Below are positions 9,761 to 19,668 of a DNA stretch of 64,000 nucleotides, one piece after another. Under the pieces are notes generated by a model that was not told the DNA's origin, made no database searches, and saw nothing but the letters and a program-made list of their open reading frames with translations. Position 1 is the first letter of the stretch; each line of letters starts with the position of its first letter. The position numbers and the translations under genes are program-made. Origin of the DNA: an uncultured bacterium (lineage in GTDB: Bacteria > Chlamydiota > Chlamydiia > Chlamydiales > SM23-39); contig OY970323.1 in NCBI GenBank assembly GCA_963716985.1, positions 1,024,001 through 1,088,000 on the forward strand. Direction: 5' to 3'.

Positions 9761-10549
9761 TCAAAGTTTTGCGAAAATTTCATCGATCAAGGAATCTGCA
9801 ATCATATTCAGGATCGGCTCGGCCACGCACTCGGGAAGGAAGGGCACTTCTACTTTACTGATGATCAGGCTGATGAGATTTTTTGTGATATCTGCTCTTT
9901 CAGCGCTCGTCAAACTTTCGAATTGATTGCCGAATTTGACGCCCATTTCCACCAGGTAAGCGACATATTTCCAATGAAACCCTCCTTTAAAATCTTGGAT
10001 GATTGCGTCGACGGCTTTTGTGATCGCCGCATGGTCGGGCGCACCTTCGGTTGTTTGCGGCGGTAGATAGATGTCCATGGAGTCGGGAACGAGTATGTTG
10101 ATCAGATGTTCGGCCAGAGTTTTGTAAATGGGATGGGAGAAAGATTTAGGAAGAAGGTGGTCTTCCATCTTGTCGATGGCTCTGTCGAGAATTTGCGTTG
10201 AGTAGCATCGTTTCTGTTCCACGGTCAGTTCGAAAAACTGATCTAAAAACTCAAGCTCGATTCTGATCATCGCCGGAATATCTGCCCACTGAAATCCCGC
10301 TGCGAAAATCCTTTTGATTTCGCCGACATATTTTTGGATGTCCTGATCTGAGGGAAGAAGAGGTGCTTTGATAGCAGAAGAATCGGTTGATCGAAGGACA
10401 TAGGCGGGTGTGTTTTCTTCTGCAGCACTCTGGCAAGCGCAGAGGATGTAAGCTGGGCGTTTTTCTTCTATGGCGGGAAATGCCGCTTCATGGGGAACAA
10501 AATCAACCATGGGATCCTTCTTGGTAAGGAAATGTTTTAAACGGCCCAT
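9761..10549 (-). CDS. Hypothetical protein with internal two-fold repeat (start uncertain)
   Basis: F..GFQW/F..GFHW followed by QF..LT..Q/ER repeated twice. Confidence 0.6.
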   Translation of the reverse strand: MGRLKHFLTKKDPMVDFVPHEAAFPAIEEKRPAYILCACQSAAEENTPAYVLRSTDSSAIKAPLLPSDQDIQKYVGEIKRIFAAGFQWADIPAMIRIELEFLDQFFELTVEQKRCYSTQILDRAIDKMEDHLLPKSFSHPIYKTLAEHLINILVPDSMDIYLPPQTTEGAPDHAAITKAVDAIIQDFKGGFHWKYVAYLVEMGVKFGNQFESLTSAERADITKNLISLIISKVEVPFLPECVAEPILNMIADSLIDEIFAKL

Positions 10550-10779
10550 AGGATAAGTTTTTTTTCTTCTAATTGGCAAGCAAGAATGGTCCGAGTGCTT
10601 CAAAAAGGAAAAAAGATATTCTCTTGATCCTGAATGCACCCTTAAGACGCTTTTGGATTGCCGCGGAACGGAAGAAGATTTCCCTCTATCAAAAGGAGCT
10701 GCAAAGTGAGAAAACGAGTCTTTTTCTTGAGGAAAAGTGAAATTTCCGACAAAATAAACGAGTTAACATTTGTATTTCG

Positions 10780-11487
10780 ATGAACAAGGGTCTTTTTATT
10801 TCTAAGGTTGGTGGAATCGTTAAGGAAGGGCTGTCCTTTCCTTTGACCTATTTTTTGTCCCTTTTCCCGTACGAGCTTTCCTGGCAAGGAAAGGGAACGC
10901 CTCTTTTACTGATTCATGGATATCTGAATTCGAGCCTTGTCTGGTTTTACCATGGCAGACGTTTTCAGAAAAATGGACTCGGCCCCGTCTATACGGTCTT
11001 GCTCGGCAAGCCCTTTTCATCGATTCGGGAATATGCCAAGAAGGTAGAGGAAAAAGTAGCGCACATCCAAAATGCGACCGGGAAAAATGACCTGATTTTG
11101 GTCGGACATTCTATGGGCGGGATTGTCGCGGCCTATTATGCTTTGAAACTGGCCAAAAAGACCAATGTCAAAGCGGTCCTTACCATGGGCTCTCCCTTTC
11201 ATGGGACAAAAGTGGCAAAGATTGCTTTTGGCGAATGTGCTCATGAAATGGCCCCCTCATCGATTCTGTTAAATGAAATTGCAGAAGAGAGGAGAAGAAA
11301 GCCCAACATTCCCTTCTATTGCATTGCCACTTCGCTCGATCATATCGTTGTGCCTCCCTCCTCTGCGCTGATGGGAGAAGATCCTCATAATGAAATTGTT
11401 CTAGACTCTTGCGGCCATTCTTCTCTGCTTTTTTCTAAAGAGGCGAATAAAAAAATGGTCGAGTGGTCCTCTATGTACAAGGATTAA
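10780..11487 (+). CDS. Alpha/beta hydrolase (lipase/esterase)
   Basis: LLIHGY oxyanion motif, GHSMGG nucleophile, GSPFHGT, D.IV.P, GH. Confidence 0.92.
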   Translation: MNKGLFISKVGGIVKEGLSFPLTYFLSLFPYELSWQGKGTPLLLIHGYLNSSLVWFYHGRRFQKNGLGPVYTVLLGKPFSSIREYAKKVEEKVAHIQNATGKNDLILVGHSMGGIVAAYYALKLAKKTNVKAVLTMGSPFHGTKVAKIAFGECAHEMAPSSILLNEIAEERRRKPNIPFYCIATSLDHIVVPPSSALMGEDPHNEIVLDSCGHSSLLFSKEANKKMVEWSSMYKD

Positions 11488-11491
11488 TCCG

Positions 11492-11965
11492 TCACTGGTT
11501 CTCGTTTTGCATGAATAGCTGATCTCCTTTGATGAGGAGATAGACGCCAATTTCATTGGCCGTTATCGTGACGGTTTTTTCCCGGCGATTGGCGGCAGGA
11601 TATTCGGCACGGGGATCTTGGATCTGCCATTGAAGGGAATAATCCCCCGGAGTGAGCCGCAAAAAGGTCGATCCTCTTCTTCCTGTCGGGTCCACGGGCT
11701 TTAAGGGAATGGTTTGCCCGGCAAAGGAGACCGATACAACGTGGCCATTTTCCTTTGTCACGTCATCCATCACCTCGATTTCGATACGTACTGCCGAGGA
11801 AAAATGTGCTTGCGGGGTCTCCAGGTAGGCCGCATTTTCGAGGATAAAAGGCTGCGAGGACTCCTTTTTCTTCCACCTCACGCCTCCGGCTAAAAATCCG
11901 CTATAAACTATAAAGAGGGAGATAAAAAAAACCCAAAGGGTTTTAAGCACATAACTTTTTTTCAT
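11492..11965 (-). CDS. Hypothetical exported/membrane-anchored protein
   Basis: N-terminal TM segment followed by beta-rich domain (LTPGDYSLQW). Confidence 0.65.
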   Translation of the reverse strand: MKKSYVLKTLWVFFISLFIVYSGFLAGGVRWKKKESSQPFILENAAYLETPQAHFSSAVRIEIEVMDDVTKENGHVVSVSFAGQTIPLKPVDPTGRRGSTFLRLTPGDYSLQWQIQDPRAEYPAANRREKTVTITANEIGVYLLIKGDQLFMQNENQ

Positions 11966-12069
11966 ACAGGGGGACCGTTTTCTCCACAAATACTAAAGAG
12001 ATCGTTTTTTTCAAATAAAAATAAAAAAAAAATAAAAAAGAGCGGTTTAGCAAACCCAAGACAACATTC

Positions 12070-14232
12070 TTAAATAGAAGAGGACCATTGATTTAGGGAG
12101 CGTTCAAGGATGTTGAAGATTTTTTCTCTATCTTCCCTGTTTTTGGTTTTATAGATATAGCCCAGAGAAAAGGTATCGCTCACGTCAAGAGAGAAAGGGG
12201 TCAGGTCGATCGAGGGGACCTTCATGGAGGATATGGCAGAGGCAACAAACGCCTTAAAGGAGCTGTTGGAAGATGCGAGGCAGACAAGAAAATGGCATGT
12301 AAGATTTTTTGTCCGGATGGCAAAGATTCCTTCTTTTTCTTGGGTTGTTCGCAAAAGGAGAAGAAAGGTCTCTTTGAGGACAGATGCGGGAAGAATGCTT
12401 TGCATAATCGCAGGCTTGATGGAGTAGAAAAAGTTTTCCAAGAGAAACGAGCTTTTCTTTTCCCCATCTTCAAGAGAGGATTTTAACTCTTCCAGCGCTT
12501 GATTTTGCCTTAGGATCATGCCTCCGTTGAAATCGCGGAAGTTCCCGAGTACTTTCGAGAGTTTTTGCGTGACATACAAACGGGCCTTTTGGAGGTCGAG
12601 ACTATTGTCCTTTCGGAAAAAAGGCTCTTTGGACAGGGATATGCGAAAGATGTTTGCCTCCTTGGTATGCCTTTTCTTCAGCATGCCCACTTTTTTGATC
12701 TCCTCATGATCAAAATGCAGAAGGGTGTCGCAATAATGGAACAATTCTTTAATCGCCAGCGAGTCCTCTTTCAGCAGGCGGACGAGGATGACGACGAAGG
12801 AGAGATGGGCCTTGGTCTGTTTATCATAGGAAATGATCACTTGCGGGATATCGTTGACATATTTCAATTGTTTGCTCAAGAGAACGATATTGCGCAGGAT
12901 TTCTTCTTCATTTTGGGGCATGAAGATGGGGCTCATGATATTTTCAATGCGTTCCTTGCACTCGAAGGGGAGCTCCTTTTTGAGTTTTTTGAGCTCGTCG
13001 AGAGAAAAAGGCTTCTTGTTTTGTTTTTCGATTTCCAAATAGCAAAAGAGAAGAGAGTCTTCTCGGCGATCGATGATGAAGGAGTCTTTGACATATTGGG
13101 CCTCTTCCAGCAAGAAGCGCAGGGCCTGCAAAAAATGCTTTTTTTCAAAACGTTCGGTCTCATGGGAAAGGTTTAAGAGCAGCAGTATGCCCAAAACAGG
13201 CAAGGGCGTTTCTTTGCCAAGCTGTGTTTTGAGGATTTTTATGAAGATGTAGCGTTCATTTGGGTCCTTTTGTACATTCTTTTGTAAAATCTTCTGAAAG
13301 AGATATTGAAAACTGATGATGCGGCTGACGTGTTTCGGATCGCGGATCAAGGTGAATTTATCGCGAAAGAGTTGGCTTGCTCGATGGATAGCTTCAAAAA
13401 TACCCTCGTCGAAGGTTTTGGGCCTTTTGTCCATTAAATGGGAGAGGTTTTCCTTGATTTCGGAGAGTTTTTTTTCGGCAGAAAGGTGGACGAGAAAATG
13501 TTGCAGATGGTCAATAGAATCTTCTTTGTGGGGAAGCTGTTCGAGCAGAGAAGAGATGTTTTCCTGAATCAGGAATGAGGACTCTTCAAAGGAGAGCCGG
13601 CTCGAGGAAAGAATTTCTCCGGCCTGGTAGGCCGAGAGGATATTGAGTTTGAGCTCAGCCAAGAAATGGGGGAGTTTTTTCTGTACGAGCGCTCTCTCTT
13701 TTTCATCGCCAATCTGAATAAAGTATTCCTGCAAGAAAAAATCCTTATCTTCAAAGGGCAGAAAACGAAAGCGAAGCGAGCGATTGCCGCCAAGAGAGAT
13801 CTGCTTTCCGGGAATGAGCCATTTTGTGATCATTTCGGGCATGAATTTATTCAAGCTTTCCAGGTGTTTTCCAAAAGAGAGCAGCGCAAGAGAAAAGCAG
13901 CAGGGCGCTTTTGCGATCGGAGACGGCAGCAGAACGGGCAGATCCTCAAAAAACTTCAAAAGGCCCTCTTTTTGCGTATATTCGGCTGTCTTTTCGAAAA
14001 GCTCTTTGGGAAGCATGGTTTCCAAGAGGGCTTCCATGGACCGAATATATCCTTCCATCTGATGAGCCATTTGCGGCAGCGGCAGCAGGGGATGAATCTT
14101 CAGCCAGGAGTTTCTAAGAGAGGGAAATGTAGGGAGCATCATAAGAATTTTTCTTTGTGAATCTTTCTTATTTAGCCACTTTAACAATTTCTTTAAAGAA
14201 AATTGTGCGCGCTGGCCGAGATGCGAATCCAT
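12070..14232 (-). CDS. Conserved chlamydial-type hypothetical protein (start uncertain, 14232 or 14142)
   Basis: 720-aa ORF with PIFMPQNEEE, DIPQV.I.YD, G.FRDFNGGM, LENFFYSI.P motifs. Confidence 0.75.
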   Translation of the reverse strand: MDSHLGQRAQFSLKKLLKWLNKKDSQRKILMMLPTFPSLRNSWLKIHPLLPLPQMAHQMEGYIRSMEALLETMLPKELFEKTAEYTQKEGLLKFFEDLPVLLPSPIAKAPCCFSLALLSFGKHLESLNKFMPEMITKWLIPGKQISLGGNRSLRFRFLPFEDKDFFLQEYFIQIGDEKERALVQKKLPHFLAELKLNILSAYQAGEILSSSRLSFEESSFLIQENISSLLEQLPHKEDSIDHLQHFLVHLSAEKKLSEIKENLSHLMDKRPKTFDEGIFEAIHRASQLFRDKFTLIRDPKHVSRIISFQYLFQKILQKNVQKDPNERYIFIKILKTQLGKETPLPVLGILLLLNLSHETERFEKKHFLQALRFLLEEAQYVKDSFIIDRREDSLLFCYLEIEKQNKKPFSLDELKKLKKELPFECKERIENIMSPIFMPQNEEEILRNIVLLSKQLKYVNDIPQVIISYDKQTKAHLSFVVILVRLLKEDSLAIKELFHYCDTLLHFDHEEIKKVGMLKKRHTKEANIFRISLSKEPFFRKDNSLDLQKARLYVTQKLSKVLGNFRDFNGGMILRQNQALEELKSSLEDGEKKSSFLLENFFYSIKPAIMQSILPASVLKETFLLLLRTTQEKEGIFAIRTKNLTCHFLVCLASSNSSFKAFVASAISSMKVPSIDLTPFSLDVSDTFSLGYIYKTKNREDREKIFNILERSLNQWSSSI

Positions 14233-14241
14233 TCCTTTTGC

Positions 14242-14260
14242 GGGGGGGGGGGGGGGGGGG
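14242..14260 (+). repeat. G19 homopolymer tract
   Basis: 19 consecutive G between divergent genes. Confidence 0.9.
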
Positions 14261-14324
14261 CCGCGCTTTGTTCTTAGAAAAAAAATCCTCTCGTGCTATA
14301 AGCAAAAAAAGCAAGGGGAGTGTT

Positions 14325-14741
14325 ATGACCTATTTCAAGAGCCTTTTTTTCAATTTTCTAGCGATTTTCTTCGTCAACCACATGATTCCCGGGATCGATA
14401 TCTTGCATCCCACCAAGCTTCCGAATATTCAAGGAGATCTGATCTTTGCCTTTTCTTTGGGCCTTTTGCTCTCTCTCATCTTTCCTTTTTTCAAACTTTT
14501 CCGTCTCCATCCCGATCTGCTCAAGATTGGAGTTGCCAGTTTTTGCATCAGCTTTGTCTCTTACGCCGTGCTCAATTTTCTGCCGGTCGAGATCAAGGTG
14601 CAATCTTTTTCCGGCTATTTTTGGGGCGCATTCGTGGTTTTTTCCAGCAGTTTCCTGACCAACTTTCTTGAATGCAAACGATGTGCTTGTAAAGATGTTC
14701 CAAAGGATATTCCGGAAGAAAAAGATCCCTTTCAAAAATAG
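14325..14741 (+). CDS. 4-TM membrane protein, YvlD/phage-holin-4-like
   Basis: ATG after GGGGAG RBS; F.N...PGI, four TM segments. Confidence 0.65.
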   Translation: MTYFKSLFFNFLAIFFVNHMIPGIDILHPTKLPNIQGDLIFAFSLGLLLSLIFPFFKLFRLHPDLLKIGVASFCISFVSYAVLNFLPVEIKVQSFSGYFWGAFVVFSSSFLTNFLECKRCACKDVPKDIPEEKDPFQK

Positions 14742-14956
14742 AATTTTTCCAGACCGGCAAAAAGCGCGCACTGCGTGAAGACAATTGGGGTGTGATGGTT
14801 TTTTTTCCTACGATCTTGAGGAGACATTCAGGATGCTTTGAAAGATATCGAGCGTACCTTGCCAAAGAAAAAAAATCTGCTCTTGTTGGCAAGCAATCTC
14901 TCAGCTCCCGCAACAGATGTTTCCACCAATACACAGCTCTTGAATAGACGGACACT

Positions 14957-16476
14957 TTAAATTTTTTCGGGCACGCCTTGCTGCGCAGTGAATTTTGCCA
15001 AAAGAACTTCGAAAGCCTGCGGCGTGCGCTCGACTTGTTTATAGTGGTCATTGCCATCATAAAAAATTAAAGTGCATTTAGACATTTCGAGTTTTTGATC
15101 AACCGGCCAGGTCATCGAAATGTTATAGCCTGTCCCATGCTTCTTTTCGTCATCTCTTGTCACAAGTGCGATCTGAATATCGGGGAAGATCCTTGCAACA
15201 ATATCGAAGAAAGGCTTGTCCAGCCAAATGCCCAACCTTTGGATATGGTCAGCATACCAAAGAATAAGATTCGCTTTTTCATCGGGATCAAAGCCAGCTT
15301 TCTTTTTGAGAACATCTTGGAGTTTATAGGAAATAACCCTAGGAGTTTCTCGAGCAACTATCCTGATCGCGTGCTCAACCCCGTCCATAAAATTGGAATC
15401 TTGAATAAGATCTTGGACGTGACTTAGCATGAAATCTACCACTTGGCGGCGTAGATCTTGTTGTGTTATTTGAATTCCAAGAGCATCCATCTGTCCAGAT
15501 ACTGCCCAAGCAGCGCAATTCCCGTCATGAGGCACATCTACGAGGTGAACTTTTTCTTGAAACTCCTCAAGGGGTTTTCCTGCAGCGGCATCAGGCAAAG
15601 GAGCTGGCGGCGCCGGGGCAGGAGAAGAATCGACGCTCATTGCTACAGGCGCTGCAGCCGCAGGGACGGGGACAACTGGAGGGGCGACAGGGACAGAGGT
15701 GCTTGGAGAAGAAGGGGGAAGATCTCTCCGGCTCTGCTGCCCAGAGAAAGCTTTAATACGTCGAAGCTTTTCCAATGCAACATCAACAGTGGGGCGTTTC
15801 GTATAATCCAGATTGAGCATTTCCATGATGAGAGTTGCAAGCATCTCGGCTGTCTCCTTTGAATCGTTCCTGAAGTACGCAGCGTCCATGATTGATCGGT
15901 ATACCGAGGATTGCTTTATAGTTTCCGCTTCATCTGGTATTGAAGAAGATGGGCCACCGGCTTTTTCGGGGTTCAATTCGCATGTAAAAGAAGGTTCAAT
16001 TTGCGACCAATTCTTTGAGTTTTTGAGGAAATCTCGGTCGAAAGGTGTGCCTACTATTTTTTGCATCCAAGCAAGCTGGGCGCCATCGATTTGTTCTCGC
16101 GTTTCCGATGATTTTCCCTCACCGAACTTCAATAATCTGTCTATAAAACTAGAATAAAAGTCCCTTCGTGTATAAAGTTGAACAAAATTTAGGGCAAGAG
16201 ACCAAATATCAATCGCAGGTGTAATTTCATCAATTGGTTTCTGTGGTATAGTGTCGGGATTTCCCCATAAAATAACTTCGGGAGCTCGATCGAATCTACA
16301 CTGAATCTGTTCATTGACGGGAGGAGTGCCCTTCTTAATTACTCCGCCATAATCAATCAAATGAACCTTTAAAACGACCTTTCCGCTCTCTTTTATCACC
16401 TTTTGTTTTATCGTAGCATTGGGCAGACGAACATCGGTGTGAGTGTACCCATGATGATGAATCTGTGCCAAAGCAG
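14957..16476 (-). pseudogene. Ser/Thr kinase (C-lobe only) fused to OTU deubiquitinase; 5' part lost at IS boundary
   Basis: Begins just before HTDVRLPN catalytic loop; IDYG, RAPEV, DIWSL, R.T...AL; Pro/Ala linker; OTU motifs VPHDGNC and YDGNDHY. Confidence 0.85.
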
Positions 16477-17590
16477 CTGATCCTTATACACAAGTCAACA
16501 TCCACAACCTAAAAGCGCTCCCATTAACATGTCTTGCAATCGTTTATAACCCTTCCAAATTGTTTGCCACCCAGGCTCCCCATCTGATTTGCGCCCTATA
16601 AAACCCCCCATACGAGCCAGAGAACGCCAGAAATCTTTCACCGTTTTCAATTTCACCATCAGATGCCTTTCTATGAGCGTAATCCAAGGCTTGGGCACCT
16701 TTTCCTCGACCGGTGTTTCCGGAGACAACCGACATCGTTCTCTCATCGCTAAAAGTTGCGTTGCTATCACCCCAATCATTCCAAATAGTGCAAGAATTCG
16801 GCTCGCCTGTTTAAGCTGATTATCTTCGATTCGAAAGCCCGTTTTGACCGCCTTATGATAATCCTCTATAAGCCAGCGTCGGCGGTAGATTCTGACGATT
16901 CTTAGGGAGTCTTCTTGATTGTTGACAGGAAGATTCGTAACCAATAGCCATTCTAACCTGGGCCTATCGGGACACCACACTCGAATATACGTCACTTCTT
17001 CACCTGCTGAACCACCATTTCCTGGAGGAAACAATTTCGCTTTGACCCAAGTTATTTCCAGTGTCACTTCACCACCAAATTCTTCGCCTTTTGCTTTCAC
17101 ATACAGCGTGGATGTACACTTGGCTGTTTGTTGACGAATCCATGAAAAAAGACGTGTCTTCTCGCCATCAATCTCGACTTTGCGATCATGTCGCGCCCGC
17201 ACTACACATTTCCACCCCAGCCTATTTGCATTATTCAAAAAATCATAAATATCATTGGCGCGATCGCCAACGCTCACCCAGTTCTCCTGGGGACGTCCCA
17301 TTTTCTCTAACGTCCTCAGCCACACCTCAGATTCTTTCGAATCACTCGCCGATTTTTCTTCGGGACGCACCCAAGCCTCCTGGTAACCAAGTCCCAAAAT
17401 TTCGGTTTCTTCAGATTCATGATATTTGGCGACCAGGCATGAGTGAAACATGAGTCCATTTCCGTTACTGTCCGCGGTTGGTCCAAGTCCATGTGTCCAT
17501 GGATGGGAATTGAACAAAAGCTCTGAACCATCTTGAATAAATAGAACAAGCTGTTCCGACCAGCGCGCCTTTTCTAAGACTTGATCGTAT
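16477..17590 (-). mobile_element. Truncated IS4-family (IS50/Tn5-like) element
   Basis: Transposase frame YDQVLEKARWSEQLVLFIQDGSEL...GDRAND...WLLVTN...YRRRWLIEDYHK...GGF.GRK.DG.PGW; terminal CTGATCCTTATACACAAGT at 16477-16495; N-terminus and other end missing. Confidence 0.9.
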
Positions 17591-19298
17591 GCAATGCTTC
17601 ATCAGCAGTGATGCGGGTTCGATAATCCACATCAAGCATTCTCTCGATAAGAGTTGCAAACGAGGCAGCTAGATCTGGTGGATCGGATTTTTCGCGGGCG
17701 ATATCCACGATTGATTGCCTTACAGTTCTCTGTTCATGGGGTGTTGGAGAAGGAACGGAACAACTTGGTGCAGGTGAAGCGGACTGCCCAGCTTGAGAAA
17801 ATGAAGCGCGATCTTCTTTGGGTTTCAAGTGAGGGGTAAAAAATTGTGCAATTCGCGACCAATTCTTCGATGTTATGAGAAAACTTTGATCGAAAGACTT
17901 TCCGACCATTTTTTGCATTTCAGCAAGCTGGTCGCTATCTATTTGTTCCCGACTTGGCGGTGAGTGATCTTGTTTTGCACTTAGCTGTTGGTACTTCAAA
18001 AATGATTTTAAGTTCTTCAAAAAATCTGCTGAATAAAATGGCAATGAATAAAGTTCAGCAAGATTTTGGCCAAGAGACCAAATATCAATTGCTGTTGTAA
18101 TTTCAGGAATTGGTTCCTTTGAATCAACGTAGGCGTTTCCCCATAAAATGACTTCGGGGGCTCGCTCGAACATGCGTTGCACCTCGCTAATGACCGGAGC
18201 TGTTCCCTCTTTAAATGAAATACTCCAATCAATTAGATGAACCCTTAGGACTTTCTGGCCTTTTTTTTGTTTTATCATAAGATTGGAATCACGAACATCG
18301 GCATGAACTATCCCAAGCCTATGAATCACAGACAAAGCATTTAAGCATTGTTTTGTAATTTCAAAAAAATCTTTGAGAGGAAGTATTTGCCTAGAACGAG
18401 CCAATTTTAAAATATGCTCTATTAAGGAAACTCCATAATAGGGAGATACATAACCGATAACCGATGACTCTGGTTTATACACTCCTAGAAGTTTTGGTAA
18501 CCCATGCTTTCGATACTCTTTTGTTATTTGCATGCGTGATATTTCTTCTGCAGCCACATTAGGACGGCTAAGGATTTTGACTACAACGTCTTTGAGTTTT
18601 CCTTTTTGTTCAAGCTGTATTTTGTAAACCCTGCCGTCCGATCCACATCCAATAGGTGGTTCTGTAAGCTCAAGTTTCGTAAAAACGGGGATCTCTCTTT
18701 TTTGGACCTCTTCCACACTCACTTCCATTGAATCGTCAGTTTTCTCTGAGGGAGGCAAGTTTTCAACTTTTCTGGTTGGTGTGGAATTTATGAAAATGGC
18801 CCTTCTTTGATAACGGATGAAGCAGCAAGCGGAGATCGAAAGCATGCTAAAGGAAAAAAATGTTATGCATTCAATTGTTTTCAGGTGAGATAAGAAATTT
18901 CTTACAATGCGATTATAGAAGGCCCATAGGTTCGGAACATTTGGGGGTATTGGGGGTATAGGAGGGTCGGGTGGTTGCGGTATACCTTTCCATAAATAAA
19001 TTCCTGCTACAACCACCGACACAGCAAAAATAAGCCAGGGCAATTTTGGGGCGGATTCCGATTTTTGAGGAGATGTTCGAGTGGCAAATTGATTTGGGTC
19101 GGAAATTTTTCTAAGTCCTATTGCAACACTGGCAACGCACAGAACAATGATAAAAGGTACAAAAATAGCAATACGATAAGCAAGAAGGGACCAGGAAGAG
19201 AGTTTTTTGGGGGACCAGATAGAATTTTTTGTTCGTTGAAGGTAGCTCTCTCTTGCATGGTAATGTGATGGACTGAATCGAGGCGATATTCTCATCAT
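17574..19298 (-). CDS. Membrane-anchored eukaryote-like Ser/Thr protein kinase (3' end replaced by IS sequence)
   Basis: Three hydrophobic segments and Pro-rich linker, then IGCGSDG.VY, VVKIL, HADVRDSN, IDWS, RAPEV, DIWSLG, RITADEAL; stop codon lies within IS DNA. Confidence 0.9.
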   Translation of the reverse strand: MMRISPRFSPSHYHARESYLQRTKNSIWSPKKLSSWSLLAYRIAIFVPFIIVLCVASVAIGLRKISDPNQFATRTSPQKSESAPKLPWLIFAVSVVVAGIYLWKGIPQPPDPPIPPIPPNVPNLWAFYNRIVRNFLSHLKTIECITFFSFSMLSISACCFIRYQRRAIFINSTPTRKVENLPPSEKTDDSMEVSVEEVQKREIPVFTKLELTEPPIGCGSDGRVYKIQLEQKGKLKDVVVKILSRPNVAAEEISRMQITKEYRKHGLPKLLGVYKPESSVIGYVSPYYGVSLIEHILKLARSRQILPLKDFFEITKQCLNALSVIHRLGIVHADVRDSNLMIKQKKGQKVLRVHLIDWSISFKEGTAPVISEVQRMFERAPEVILWGNAYVDSKEPIPEITTAIDIWSLGQNLAELYSLPFYSADFLKNLKSFLKYQQLSAKQDHSPPSREQIDSDQLAEMQKMVGKSFDQSFLITSKNWSRIAQFFTPHLKPKEDRASFSQAGQSASPAPSCSVPSPTPHEQRTVRQSIVDIAREKSDPPDLAASFATLIERMLDVDYRTRITADEALHTIKS

Positions 19299-19596
19299 TT
19301 TTTCTTTAACTTCCTTAGCTTAGAGCAAAAAATGCTGCTTAACTCCTGACTTCGGCTGATGCGGCGATAGCCTAAGTTTTTTTAATTTTAAACTAATTCA
19401 TTTCTATTTTTCCCATTGCAAGTTCTACCGGCGAATCTTTCAAGAAATTTTATCACGGAAGACAATTGCATGAAAGCTAAAAAAGCTTATGCAAAGATTA
19501 AAATAATTCAGCTTTGACGTAAGCAATGCTTTAAACCTATGCCTTTAAAGGAGAAAATTTTACACCCACCAAATAAAAATCATAATTCCTTCAAAA

Positions 19597-19632
19597 AATT
19601 CCTCGAAGAGTTTTTCTCTCTTCGAGGAATCT
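19597..19632. terminator. Hairpin terminator
   Basis: attcctcgaagag...ctcttcgaggaat perfect stem downstream of the 19669-20777 gene. Confidence 0.6.
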
Positions 19633-19668
19633 GCGTGCTTTTAAAGAACCATCAACGTTCATTGCAAA

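Noticed and set aside
12222..14160. Numerous antisense ORFs over long genes here and elsewhere
   Set aside because: Shadow ORFs of well-supported genes, with no independent motifs
14157..14324. N-terminal poly-Gly extension of the holin-like ORF
   Set aside because: Arises only from the G tract; a good RBS and ATG lie at 14325
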